Below the pieces are notes generated by a model, which had not been told where the DNA came from, made no database searches, and saw only the letters and a list, made by a program, of their open reading frames with translations. A stretch of 64,000 nt of DNA, from contig CM121341.1 in assembly GCA_051530055.1 (NCBI GenBank), positions 8,348,784 through 8,412,783 of the forward strand, read 5' to 3'. The DNA is from Neoechinorhynchus agilis (lineage: Eukaryota > Animalia > Acanthocephala). The position numbers and the translations under genes are program-made. Of this stretch, positions 11,721 to 24,275 are shown one piece after another. Each line of letters begins with the position of its first letter. Positions within the stretch are counted from its first letter, which is position 1.

Positions 11721-14700
11721 ATGTCCCAAGAACGAAGAAATGATCAAAATAAAGAACAAGCGTCTTATATTGCCGAACCTGATAATAAGAAACAGTCTAT
11801 TGATACAACAGTCGGATTAAACCTTCATTTGGGAACAACTGAGCCGCTTGATCAAGGGCGATCATCCCATGACTTAGCAGTCACTGGACACGTCGAAATG
11901 GCACAATCTACATCACTGCATCTACATCAAACACAACCAGAATCAGTTGTCCATTCTGTTCACCACAACGAAGAACGGCGTCCGGAAACACCGCAGAGAA
12001 AACGTAGTCTTCAAGTGGAAGCTACGGCCGAGGAACAACGAACTTATGGCACGTCTTCAACCGCCAAGCGCTTTCGGATACCTGCTGAAATGACTACTAC
12101 ACGAGTGCAGCCGCAGCAAAATGTATTGATTCAACCTGATATCCGCCAAAAAGTGGAGGAAACTGATGACCAAAGTAATGTAACAGGACATCAGGCAGCG
12201 GGGGAACGAAAACGATGCCATGCAGGAGAAAATTCGGAATCAAATATACCGACTATTAAGACATCACCAGCAAGCAAGAGATCACGAGGACTGCTAGAAC
12301 AATTTGAAGGAACGCAGCATAGTGTTGGTCAGAGAACGTTGACACCGTTGCCGCAACCTCACGCCCAGAGTCAACAAGTGTTTATGAATCCCCGAATACA
12401 ATCCGCTGGCCAGGGTAGAACTTATGATTTGGCGCAAAATCCCCAATTTCCACCCCAACAAACGTCTCGAGAAAATTATGGACAAGCTCAGCGAATGGCA
12501 ATGACTGCTGCAATGCAATCTGCTGGTCAAGGCGGAAATTATACTCCGGCGCCGAATCCACAGGGCCCACCCGAACAAACGCCTCTAAAAAACTATGGGC
12601 AAACGCAGCCAATAGCAATGACTGCTGCAATGCAATCTGCTGGTCAAGGCGGAAATTATACTCCGGCGCCGAATCCACAGGGCCCACCCGAACAAACGCC
12701 TCTAAAAAACTATGGGCAAACGCAGCCAATAGCAATGAATGCTGCAATGCAATCTGCTGGTCAAGGCGGAAATTATACTCCGGCGCCGAATCCACAGGGC
12801 CCACCCCAACAAACACCCCGAAAAGACTATGCGCAAGCGCAGCCAATGGCAATGAATACTGCAATGCAATCTGCTGGTCAAGGCGGAAATTATACTTCGG
12901 CGCCGAATCAACAGGGCCCACCCCAACAAACGCTTCCAAAAGACTATGGACAAGCTCAGCGAATGGCAATGACTGCTGCAATGCAATCTGCTGGTCAAGG
13001 CGGAAATTATACTTCGGCGCCGAATCAACAGGGCCCACCCCAACAAACGCTTCCAAAAGACTATGGACAAGCTCAGCGAATGGCAATGACTGCTGCAATG
13101 CAATCTGCTGGTCAAGGCGGAAATTATACTTCGGCGCCGAATCAACAGGGCCCACCCCAACAAACGCCTCTAAAAAACTATGGGCAAACGCAGCCAATAG
13201 CAATGAATGCTGCAATGCAATCTGCTGGTCAAGGCGGAAATTATACTCCGGCGGCGAATCCACAGGGCCCAACCCAACAAACGCTCCCAAAAGACTATGG
13301 GCAAGCGCAGCGAATGGCAGTGAATGCTGCAATGCGATCTGGTGGTCAAGGAGGATATTATATTGCGGCGAATCAACAGGGCCAACCCCAACAAACGCCT
13401 CTAAAAAACTATGGGCAAACGCAGCCAATGGCAATGAATGCTGCAATGCAATCTGCTGGTCAAGGCGGAAATTATACTCCGGTGCCGAATCCACAGGGCC
13501 CACCCCAACAAACGCCTCAAGGATATTACGGGCAAGCGCAGCGAATGGCAATGACTGCTGCAATGCAATCTGCTGGTCAAGGCGGAAATTATACTCCGGC
13601 GGCGAATCCACAGGGCCCACCCCAACAAACGCCTCAAGGATATTACGGGCAAGTGCAGCGGGTGCAAATGAATGCTGGAATGCGATCTGGTGGTCAAGGA
13701 GGATATTATATTCCGGCGCCGAATCCACAGGGCCCACCCCAACAAACGCTTCTAAAAGACTATGGGCAAGCGCAGCGAATGGCAATGACTGCTGCAATGC
13801 GATCTGGTGGTAAAGGAGGATATTATATTCCGGCGGCGAATCCACAGGGCCCAACCCAACAAATGTTTCCAAAAGACCATGGGCAAGCGCAGCGAATGGC
13901 AATGACTGCTGCAATGCAATCTGCTGGTCAAGGCGGAAATTATACTCCGGCGCCGAATCCACAGGGCCCACCCCAACAAACGCCTCAAGGATATTACGGG
14001 CAAGTGCAGCGGGTGCAAATGAATGCTGGAATGCCGACCGCTGGTCAAGGCGGATATAATATTCCGGCACCGAATCCACAAGGTCGATCCCAACAAACGC
14101 CCCAAGGATATTATGGGCAAGCGAAGAGAATGTCAATGAATGCTGGAATGTCGGTCACTAGTCAAGGCGGATATTATACTCGAGCTCCGAATCCTCAGTG
14201 CCCACCCCATCAGATGAATATCCAACGTTCCGGACAAGTGCAGCAAATGCCAACGATTGCTAGAATGCCGACCGCAAGTGAAGGTGGAGATCCCATGGTC
14301 GGACAGCGTCGTCAAATTCCCCTTCAACAGATACCGCCTCAACAGTTGGCAAAGGATCAACGATTGCCAGCAGGAAATGTAATGCAGGCTGCTGCCCAAG
14401 GCGGATACTATGTGCCGGCCAGGAATCCGCAGGTTCAAAATCAACAGATGAATTTTGAACAGTATCGACAACTGCAGGGAACGCCATTTGATTGCCGGAC
14501 GCCTATAATACCAAGAAATCTTCAATTGCAATTTCCGGCCCATCAGCAGGCCGTAACCCAGCAATTGGCACAAAGAAATCATATGCCGATGAATCTCAAG
14601 GCACCGACTTCTCGATCGCAAGTTTCCACCCAGCAGGATCCTCAATTACAAGAGCAACATTCAAAAAATCAGCGGGTAGAACAGGAATCTATCTCAAATA

Positions 14701-15257
14701 TATCGCAGCACCAACGTGAGCAACCCGGAGCTGCTCAAGGAAGTCGCCAGAATAATGTTTCCCTACAGCAACGGATGGACAGGAAGCGATGCCTTCCTCA
14801 AGCTGAAGAATTTATGGAAGATCGTGGAATCGAGACTCAATCAACATCAAAAAGACCACGGATTCCTGTGGACAAAGCGACGGTCAAAAAAGGCGACATG
14901 CCCGTAAAGCCAATAAATGAAGATGATACCGATGACTTGAATGACGAACAATTCGCCGATTTATTTAGACCGTCTGGGAAACTTATGGACATTGCAAAAA
15001 CGGCGAAGAAGTTGGAACTTGAGAAGAAGAAACGAGAAGAAAAATCGAATAAAAATCCTTTTGACGACGATTCGGGGCCCTTTGAGTATCCATGTTCGCC
15101 AGAGATCCAACAGCAAACTTTAGACTCAAGGATGGACAGACGACCAAGCGCGTTCGGACTTACCAAAGACGAAGCAAATGAAGAACGGATGAACATGTCC
15201 ACCGAAAGTCGACTTCATTTCGATTTCGTGGACGAGCTGCTGGGATATCGAGGTTAG
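11721..15257 (+). CDS. Intronless 1178-aa low-complexity Q/G/P/N/Y/M-rich repeat protein, unknown function
   Basis: Single open frame from ATG 11721 (the track starts at an upstream TTG) to TAG 15257; the one indel in the array is 3 bp and keeps frame; non-repetitive N- and C-terminal parts are also open. Confidence 0.8.
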   Translation: MSQERRNDQNKEQASYIAEPDNKKQSIDTTVGLNLHLGTTEPLDQGRSSHDLAVTGHVEMAQSTSLHLHQTQPESVVHSVHHNEERRPETPQRKRSLQVEATAEEQRTYGTSSTAKRFRIPAEMTTTRVQPQQNVLIQPDIRQKVEETDDQSNVTGHQAAGERKRCHAGENSESNIPTIKTSPASKRSRGLLEQFEGTQHSVGQRTLTPLPQPHAQSQQVFMNPRIQSAGQGRTYDLAQNPQFPPQQTSRENYGQAQRMAMTAAMQSAGQGGNYTPAPNPQGPPEQTPLKNYGQTQPIAMTAAMQSAGQGGNYTPAPNPQGPPEQTPLKNYGQTQPIAMNAAMQSAGQGGNYTPAPNPQGPPQQTPRKDYAQAQPMAMNTAMQSAGQGGNYTSAPNQQGPPQQTLPKDYGQAQRMAMTAAMQSAGQGGNYTSAPNQQGPPQQTLPKDYGQAQRMAMTAAMQSAGQGGNYTSAPNQQGPPQQTPLKNYGQTQPIAMNAAMQSAGQGGNYTPAANPQGPTQQTLPKDYGQAQRMAVNAAMRSGGQGGYYIAANQQGQPQQTPLKNYGQTQPMAMNAAMQSAGQGGNYTPVPNPQGPPQQTPQGYYGQAQRMAMTAAMQSAGQGGNYTPAANPQGPPQQTPQGYYGQVQRVQMNAGMRSGGQGGYYIPAPNPQGPPQQTLLKDYGQAQRMAMTAAMRSGGKGGYYIPAANPQGPTQQMFPKDHGQAQRMAMTAAMQSAGQGGNYTPAPNPQGPPQQTPQGYYGQVQRVQMNAGMPTAGQGGYNIPAPNPQGRSQQTPQGYYGQAKRMSMNAGMSVTSQGGYYTRAPNPQCPPHQMNIQRSGQVQQMPTIARMPTASEGGDPMVGQRRQIPLQQIPPQQLAKDQRLPAGNVMQAAAQGGYYVPARNPQVQNQQMNFEQYRQLQGTPFDCRTPIIPRNLQLQFPAHQQAVTQQLAQRNHMPMNLKAPTSRSQVSTQQDPQLQEQHSKNQRVEQESISNISQHQREQPGAAQGSRQNNVSLQQRMDRKRCLPQAEEFMEDRGIETQSTSKRPRIPVDKATVKKGDMPVKPINEDDTDDLNDEQFADLFRPSGKLMDIAKTAKKLELEKKKREEKSNKNPFDDDSGPFEYPCSPEIQQQTLDSRMDRRPSAFGLTKDEANEERMNMSTESRLHFDFVDELLGYRG
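12396..14480 (+). repeat. Coding tandem repeat, 117 bp / 39 aa, 16 clear plus 2 degenerate units
   Basis: Typical unit MQSAGQGGNYTPAPNPQGPPQQTPLKNYGQTQPMAMNAA, counted from the translation. Confidence 0.95.
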
Positions 15258-15977
15258 GATATAAACTGAAACTGGATCAATTTAGTGGCAAGAGCGTTTA
15301 TTCGACAAATCAATTCGTTCACCGTCCATTACTTCTGAATTTGGCCGGTGAAGTTTGTTCCATTGCCTTTTGCAAACGTTCACTGTAAAAATGTTGAAGA
15401 TTTGTAAATAAAGTGTAAATATGTTATATGAAATTTTATTAAGCCACAGATTATATTCAGTAAAAAATGTTCTCAGAATCTAAACGAACAAAAAATTCGC
15501 AATGGAGGCAAATATTAATTTAACAAGCAAGGTGAATGGGATTGCAGGGCGTGCCGAAAGACGAACTTCGTCTTTTCACCTTGTTTATTTAACACCATTC
15601 TTAGTTCTTTTTTATACATTGTCCACGAGATCAAAATGCGCAAATTAGTTTAAAATAATTCAGAAAAAGGGCACAACGAGGCTATTTTCGGAATTACGAG
15701 TCGAATGTCGCAGTCAATTCGTTGCTGCTAAATATATTTCATAGTTATTAAAAATCTGATACGCCATTGAGTGTCATCTTTGGTCAACAATATCATTTTC
15801 GTAATCGCTATTTAAAAATCCTATTCATTTCTCAATTTCAACCTTCACTCTTCTTCTTTACACATTCTTCAACGAGAACTGAGGACGTTTCTTTAAGCTC
15901 CGGGCTTAATTATGTCGAAAGACTAAACAAATTATTGCCCGGTCATTCAAACTACAAGATTATTCGATTCGTTCGAT

Positions 15978-16160
15978 TGGAGAACTGGTAGGAGGTTATA
16001 AACTAATTTATAGTGGCGGAACAAGTGGTAAAAACGGGGTTGGTATTGTAATCGCAAAAGACCTAGCCTGGAAGTGAAAAGAACAAGTGATTGAGTTATG
16101 GCGGTGAAGATAAACGTGAGTGATGAAATCACGACAGTAGCGGCTGTTGACATCGCAGTA
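15978..16160 (+). mobile_element. RTE-like LINE endonuclease (APE) relic, cut by the 3' end of the adjacent LINE
   Basis: GGYKLIYSGGTSGKNGVGIVIAKDL followed by VMAVKINV, typical of RTE APE domains. Confidence 0.65.
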
Positions 16161-16164
16161 GCTA

Positions 16165-19100
16165 GTTTATTTTTATTATATATTTATATATTTACATATT
16201 TATATTTATTTATCATGGTTTTAGAGCGCAATCGTGACTTATTTATCGAACAGATTAACGGTTTGGTGAGAGAATACCTGTCATGTTGTCCACCGCCCAA
16301 TTCTGGGTTCACAGAACTTCTTTAACTCTCCAGCCCTGGAAAATGGGAGGGAATCTAGGTGCTGGGTGAAGGCGTCTATAAAGGAGGCCTTATGTTCGGG
16401 GGCGACCTCTGGAAAAGAAGACAAGGCCGGGGATACACCAGGTTTTCCAAATAGCTTGCGCTTGTAACGAGTTCAGGCCTAGTTTCATCGCTCGGTTGGC
16501 CATTTTTTTGCCCACTTTTAGCAACCTTTTCAACTTATTGATATCGGTTCTGGGTGACAGATTGACCGTTAACCTATGTCCAAGAATGCGTAATTTTAGT
16601 GGAGTATTGGCATTATCCGCTCGCTTCTGATTCAAGGGGTTCATTAGATTGTTAAAAAAATGATTTGAGATCCCTTCGAAGTTTACCTGAGCGAACCTTG
16701 AAGATACAGAACGATTTGGAGGGATTGAGGGATAAATTCATACGAGGTAAGACTACATTGAGGTAGTGGATGCACTGCTCAATCAAACTTTTGAGTTTGA
16801 AAGCTCTGTGCGCAGAGAATACGAAAGTTAAGTCATCCGCATAACAGGTTATAGAAACATTACGGGTTTTGAAATTTTTAACTATATACTGCGAAGCAAG
16901 TAGAAACAGGATCGGGGAAAGCGGTGAACCTTGTGGGACACCCGTGGTCATGTAATAGGTTGATTTCGAAGCATCATCCTCGTAAAAGAAGGACTTGGTA
17001 AAAAGAATATTGTGAATTCGGGAGATCAAATTATGAGGGACGCTAAAAAATTCTAATATCTCCATAATAAAAGACAAAGATATCTTGTCGAACGCTTGAG
17101 ATAGATCAACAGCCATTATGGCTTTCAAGGGTAGATTGGTGTTAGTGAAGTTATCGTAAATATTGGTTAAAGCAGAGTGTACGGATTTCCCCCTTTTGAA
17201 AACCGTGGCAATTAGTCGATATGCAGCTATTTTCTGTTATAAAGGCTCTCAAGCGAAGTGCTAAGGCTCGTTCGTAAATGGTTACAAAGGGGTTCTGTAG
17301 GGAAATTGGGCGGAGATCCTTAGGCTGAGAGACTGACTTTTTCCCATTTTTAATAAGAAAAATACGCCGAGCCACATTAATCTCTCTCCAAGCATAAGGG
17401 GAGCAGTTCAGCATTAATTCGGCCAGCCTTAGGATGCAGTCCCGGGGAAGTAAAGTAAAGATTTTGGTGCCTGAGCTTGAGTTGGAGGATGCCAATTTCG
17501 GATTGTCGGACCATACTTTTAGGATGTCACTTAATAAAATATCTACACGACCGGCAATGACCCGTCGAAAGATTGTCACGGGTAAAGCATCCTTGACAGA
17601 GCCCTCTGAATGAAAAGCAAAAATGGTTCCCAAAATATCGTCTATAGACGTTGATTTTAACCAGCCGGAGATTTTCGATTTCCATGGTATGTATCTCTTC
17701 CTTTGAAAAGTGTGCCACCAATGTGAGGAAAAGGGTTTCAGGCTATTAAGAAGATTTGCTTTCTGTTGCATCCTCTGTCAACATTGGGCTGCCCAATAAT
17801 GACTAGATAAGATTTTCGTGAGAAGTACGTCTCCAGAACGTTTGGCCAGAAAAAGTTGGCGTCCGAGAAAGCGAAGAGAGCGACTTTCGTAAGGACGAGA
17901 GAAAACCTTTACCGTTCGAAACAGAAAGGTATTAGCAACCAAATTGAGGATGTTATTGACAGACGGTAAAATGGATGACCGATTAGATTGTAAGGTGCTC
18001 GAAGATAGAGCGATTTGGCTGATTAGACGGAAAAAGGCCACGTTGAGTGGAGAAATGTGATATGATTTGCGGAGTGCATTCATAGGACCGAATGACCAGA
18101 TAAGGATATCATGCCCTAGGAGGTCAAAGAGAGACACCTGACGATCGAATTGAATTGAAAAGTTAAGATATCTCTTAAAGATTATCAGATCTAAGAACGA
18201 GTGTGTATTTAAAACGAGATTGTGGAAAGACGGAGTATTCGGGAGGGTTAGAGAGTAAAGAGGTTTGACTGCGTTGACAATGGCTCTGGGCCATTTTAAA
18301 GATGGGTCGTTAAAATCCCCCACAACAAAGTCGATATTGGCATTGAGAAGCCATTTGATTTTGTTTTTGATATATGGACGATGAATAAAACCCGGTCTGA
18401 TGTACAAATTAACAATCGAGAGGTACTTCCGATTAAAGAGAAATTTAAAAAGTGAGTACGACATTTCCGGTGAGGTGTAGGAGGCTATAAGTTGGGGATT
18501 TAAGGAGGAATGAAAAATTGAAATAAGACCTTGTGAGGCGGGACTGAATGGGCCAGTAATAAAAGAGGAGAACATTGAACAGTTAAGATGAGGTAGATAG
18601 TTATAAAGTTGGTGTAGAGTGTGAATACTTTTCGTTTCCTGCAGTAGGATGATGGAAACGCCTGGTGTGAACCGAGCGAGCCTGGTAAGATTGGCCGCCC
18701 CTCCACAATTCCATTGCAGCACCCGGAGATCCCCACCATTACCTGTGCCTTCGAGTTATCATATTCTGGCGACTTCATCTGATATTAGGGCCGCAGTTCC
18801 GTTGTTAATGAGCGAGGATTGAGTGTTAATGATCCTGTTAACATATTCAGAGTCGGTTTCTTCGACTTCCATGACGACGTCCTCGATATCTGAGTGGTTT
18901 ATACTAGAATCGACATTGAGTTTCTTGGCCCCATGAGAGTTTTTTTCCGTCGCATTCGCTCTTTTTAGCTTTGCACCACGTTGACTAGGTAAACTCGATG
19001 AAATCAAATCAGGAAGATTGACCAAGTTCCCAATGAGTGTACTCAGCTTCCTCTCAAAAGCCACGATGGCCTCAGTGAAGCGCGCCTGCATGACCGTTAG

Positions 19101-20299
19101 AAGTTTGTTACAAGACTCCTCTAAACGTTCCTCCAGAATTTCCATGGTAACCAACTGCGATGGAGGTAAGCGATGCGAGTCTTTAGAGTCCGAGCTCTTC
19201 AAGATCGTTGTATCTTTTGAAAGGGGGTTGCTCTATGAAGAGGCACTGCGAACGAGTTTGCTGCGACAGCCGGTCTCCAACCGGCGCTATCGCTTTTTTT
19301 AGCAAAGGGCTGCCCGTTTTGAGCCCAATTCCAATACTTCTTGAATTCAGGACATCCTTTGTAAAATACAGAGTGTTGTCCATTGCAATTGACACATCTT
19401 TTGATTGACTTGTTTGGGCAATTTTGAGCAGAATGACCTGTCTCAGCACAGTGAACACATTTCGGGGAATCCGGATTGGGGAAATGTTGAACCCAGTGTC
19501 CCCATTTGTGGCAAAGGTTGCAGTGAGGAAAAATATAGTCATCTTGATGGCTTCCCGATTTCTGTGTGAATCGAATCGCAAAACAATTAAAGGCACAGTG
19601 CATTTTTTTTACAGAGGTCATCCCTAACTTGCCTGGATCCTTCCACCATCGCTATCGAGATAGGAGTGCCAGACCTTCTGGAGTTGAGGAAAAATTTTAT
19701 CTTCACGTTGAAAAGTTTTTCGAACTCTACTTTATCTTCAGCAGCTAAATTGTTGTCTTCAGCAGCTAAATTGGGCTGTAGACCGTTAGCCATGAACTGT
19801 ACCATTTGAGTAATCTCTTCCACCGAGAAGACATCCATGGGAAGCTTGGATTTAACAAAGTCCTTCAAGTTGGATAACCAAATACTGCCCGTTAGGTACA
19901 CTCTCAGAATACCTCCGAAATAAGTAATACGATCAATTCGTTTAACTCCATCGTTATGGAATGAGCGCGTCCACGGAGCAACGCTTTGGTTGCAGATTAC
20001 GTCCTTAGGCATAATCGGATTTGACTTGATTGTGAGTATATACGGCCATCTCTTGACCGGAAGGGCTAGGTACTCGCGTTAAGTTTTGAATGAAGATGTC
20101 AGCTATTGGGGGATTTCATCAGAAAGGGACCCTTCCAACAGGAACTGAGAAGTGGGATTCGATCCTGAATCAGTGATTGATGGCTGTTTGTCGCGCTTCA
20201 TGTCTTTGAGAATACTACTCCGGACCTCCGCAGGTACGGGAATTCTCAGGGAAGTGGGTGGCCGTTTGCCACCCTCCGCCAAAACATTGGTGCGCATTT
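16165..20299 (-). mobile_element. Near full-length LINE: Gag-like ORF1 with three zinc knuckles, ORF2 APE + RT; several frameshifts; A-rich tail
   Basis: CNLCHKWGH / CVHCAETGHSAQNC / CVNCNGQH (19199..19621); LQWNCGG...LLQET...VGDFN (17778..18722); RPISLQN, AVDLSQAFDKI, TGVPQGSPLSPILF, CYADDL (16652..17771); ATAAA-like tail near 16165-16215. Confidence 0.92.
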
Positions 20300-20437
20300 T
20301 GTTGTCCTAGTTTATTTTTACCACACACGCAATATATATATATAGTAATCGTGTTATTGATCGGCGCTTTGTGTAGTGAGTGAATTATCGATCTCTGCTT
20401 AACATTTAAACACCGTATCGATTTGTCACTCACCACA
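20300..20437 (-). mobile_element. 3' LTR (138 bp) of a gypsy relic
   Basis: On minus: polypurine tract GGGGGAGGAA (20447-20438) then TGTGGTGAG...; TA-rich box; AATAAA; ends ...GACAACA. Confidence 0.7.
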
Positions 20438-21570
20438 TTCCTCCCCCGTCTATTTCAGAAACTTGTCATACGGTCTGGACGGAGGTTTGCGAATTCGATT
20501 GCTCCACCTTAACACCATATTATCTCTTCTACCATCCTCCCAGAACTCGGCCTTTGCTTCTTCTATTGGTTGGGTTCCGTGGTCGATAGATCAGCGAGTG
20601 TTTACATTGGTTGGCGGCTATTCGTGCTCGATGGACTGCTGTTCGCGCTCGATTGGTTTCTGTTCGTGCTTGATGGACTGCTGTTCGTGCTCTTCTATTA
20701 TTTCACTTTCGTTTTGATCCCTCTCTCAATTTAGCTGCTCCATCGTCAGTCGATCGCGAAGATAATCACCGTGTATGCGCCTGTATATCCCATCTCCGTG
20801 ATTTATGACGAATAATCTCGGTCCCGTTTGTCTCCGCACAATTCCTTTTCCCACCTGTGTAAACCCTCTGCCCTTTGAGAATCCCTTTGGCTGATGTTTC
20901 GATCTCAAACTTGGCTTTATATGATCCAATTTCGTAGCCAGCCGCCTTCCCATCATCATCATCTCAGCTGGGCACTGACCAGTCGCATTGTGCGGTGTAT
21001 TTCTGCACGTTTTCAGAAACTCCCATACGTCTTTCATCTGAAGGGCGCCTGTCTTATCGATAGTTCTCCTATTGAAAGTCCCCACGAATCTCTCCGTTAA
21101 TCCATTCGATTGAGGGTGATATGGGCTGGTCCGGATGTGCTCGATAGCTTGATCTCTGCAGAATAATGACAATTCCTCATTCACAAACTTAGGACCTTTA
21201 TCAGCTACCAGGTATTTTGGACATCCCATTCTCGCAAAACATTCCCCCAGCTTCGATATTACATTTTTGCTGGTAGAATTTCGATTAAGACACCAGACTT
21301 CGGGCTCGTTTATGGGACCCGGCCGGGTCCACTACTTTTAAAACTCCTCGCTTCAATAATCTGTCCATTGACATCTTTTTCCAGATTCCTATGTGTCCTT
21401 TCGGCTTGACTTTATCGACGGAACTTTCACACAACTGAGGCGCTAAGCCGCACTCGAAGGGGGCCGATGGACGATCAGCCTTGCACACCAAAGGAACCCA
21501 GCGATCGGTGACGTTGAACCTTCGACATATCAACCGCATTGTGAACGCGCACACCACACGGCCACTGGGC
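20438..21570 (-). mobile_element. Internally deleted Ty3/gypsy relic: RT N-terminal scrap fused to integrase
   Basis: DRLLKRGVLKVVD (21285..21557); integrase core GCPKYLVADKGPKF...RTSPYHPQSNGLTERFV (20726..21229); tail with 21-bp repeats and RIRKPPSRPY just before the PPT. Confidence 0.88.
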
Positions 21571-22009
21571 CCTCATTAATCGATGTATGACCAAAACAGG
21601 AGCTTTATTGCACAAAAAACACCAAACACCACGAGGGGCGCGTGCTAAATGTTAGCAAAACCGCGGTGATGACGCGGGGACGACGGCGCCAACAGTGTCA
21701 AGGAAAGACACAAGCGTTCCTGCAAACAATATCCGCCAATTCCCACAAGAACGAAACTTCCAACTCAGGCGAATATTCTTAAACGAACGGACACATTCCC
21801 GCTCGAACGAGACGAATTTAAGACATGCAATTTACCACGTCAACTAAAATTAGGTCGATTCATTTCGCATATCTCAGCGAGCCGATTGCAAAACTGTAAG
21901 TTATTCTCGTTTCAATTTTGAGACGAACATCATCATTGACATCAAAATATCAATCGATTGCCAATTAAATTAGCGTTTCCTTCGGCAATGTCATAAAATA
22001 TATATATTT

Positions 22010-22943
22010 CGTGTTTGCAAGAAACACGGAATTAATCAACAAATTTATACCTCTTACCGAGCCAGTAAAACGTATGCGGAAGCCCTTTCCAACATGAGAC
22101 AAAACTCCCAACGTTATTTGGACGGTTTGTCGATCTGGCAATCCCGGACAGAGATCCTGCACCTTCCGGAAAATGACCACAAGCAGTCGGCCTTGGACCT
22201 TCCCCTCATAAAGAAGATTCACAAATCCTTTAATGATCTTCTCGACGAGGTTTCCCAAGTTCGTCTTGCGGCGTGTTCTACAAAGGAATCGGGAGCCTGG
22301 CTAAATGCTCTCCCCGCCCCGACAATCGGAACTCTTCTAGAGGATTCTACTTTAAGGGTCGCAGTTTCTTTAAGATTGGGCCAGGATATTTGTATCCCGC
22401 ATCGCTGTCGCTGCGGATCTATAGTTGAAGCCAATGGCAGACACGGCCTCAGTTGTAAAACGTCCAGAGGGAGGTTTCCAAGACACTCAGAATTGAACTC
22501 AATTTTGAGTAGAGCCCTAGATTCCGTCCACGTGCCCAATATTTAAGAGCCAAGTAACTTGTGCCGCCTAGACAGCAAGCGAACTGACGGTGTCACGGTT
22601 TTTCCATGGCGGGAGGGGAAGCCCCTTTTATGGGATGCGACTTGCGTGGACACGCTTGCCCCCAGTAATTTTCCCTTTTCAAAAAGGAGCCCTGAAGGTT
22701 CAGCGGTCGTAGCTGAAGTCCGAAAACGTACAAAATACAGAGAGCTTTTAAGGACCTATTATTTCGTCCCTTTCGCCGTGGAGCCTTGGGACCGTCAGCG
22801 CTCACTCTCCTCGACGAATTAAGACGAAAAGGATGACGGGGGAACCGCGCTCTAGAAATTTTCTCGCTCAGCGAATCGCAATTGCGATGCAGCGAGGGAA
22901 CGCTGCCAGTATACTGGCAACGTCAAGAAGTTCACAGGAATAA
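22010..22943 (+). mobile_element. CRE relic, duplicate of 8410-9343
   Basis: Identical ORFs 22094..22546 and 22559..22822 with the same lesions. Confidence 0.92.
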
Positions 22944-24275
22944 ATTGTAATCGTTGTAAATTAATAAATTTTAGACTTTTTCATTAAATTTTTATAGTGT
23001 GCTCTGAATTTTGACCAGGATGTCTTCATAAGGCGGTGGCACAAAAGCACGACTTATTGTTAAATATCAGTAAACGTTTAAGATTTCAAGACAACGAAAA
23101 TTCATGTTGAAGTCAGTAAGTGCTTTTGAGCATCTTGGATTTTATCGATTCCTTAGTCACGTTGGATCAAAAATATCAATTGAAAAGACAGAATAGTCGG
23201 CGGCAAACATTTTGTCTTTTCAGTTATGAATTATTTGAGAAATCTAAAACGGCATTTGAAACAATTCGATGTTTCTTCATACGTTAGAAAAACCAAAGGT
23301 CAGCAATATTTGAACTAGATAATAAGATGCGGAGGAATTTAATGGAGAAAGAAAAAGTTGAGATTTTCAATCCTCATGGATTAACACATCTATCACAGGA
23401 TGATTTTGTTGTTACATTTTCTTCTATCAGTCTAGCTAGACGAGTAAGCGACGAAATCCTGAGAATCTTCATCATAAAGTCATGGCGATTGACGGTTTTA
23501 AATCATAAAACTGCGTATAAGTAGACTTCTCTGACTTTGAATAATTAAATAGTCGTAAATAAATTTTTCACCTTTAATTCAGCAGCACCGTAATATTTTA
23601 ATGGGACCAAAAACTAGATGTTGCGTGTGTTAAATTTTTTTACTTTTGCGTGAATCTAATGCCTCGAATATGACTTTGTTCAAAAATAGGTTCTCAATTT
23701 TAAGTCCTGACGTGAAAGCTTTAACATCTCAACTGATTTTATTAAAAAGAAGGTTCTGTATTTTAATTTTTTACCAAACCCTTCGATAATATCTGAGAAA
23801 TAGATCATAATTTACAGCGTCATTAAGATTCTTATTTAAAAATTTAGAATAGCATAACCAGCAAAAAGATAAAATAAACAAGACTGCTTACGTTTTAAGA
23901 TTTTAGGCGTCTTTATACGAACGCAAGTCTTTAGCCTGTTAACAAGCGAATGTTAGCCCGTTTGCTCATTGGGTAAAAAAGTATTATTTTAGCCAATCGG
24001 ATCTGAAAAGAAGTTAAAAAATTTCCCAACATCGCAGGTTTATTTAGGGGCTTAAATTCCATATTAAATAAGATCACATCCAGCGAAGAAAGTAGCAATA
24101 TTTTCTAAGATGATAGTTCGATGTATTTATATACTTCAATGACGTTCTTGCTAGGCTTAAAGTTGACGTTAGGAGCAAAAGAAGCATTGTATTCAAATGC
24201 GAATTAATAAATAGAAGAAAAATTATAGGAAAACGTTATATCTTTTGCTAAAAATTTCGAGGGGCGATGATACAG

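Noticed and set aside
12382-14136. 584-aa antisense ORF across the repeat array
   Set aside because: Confined to the array; a stop-free unit gives a long antisense frame automatically.
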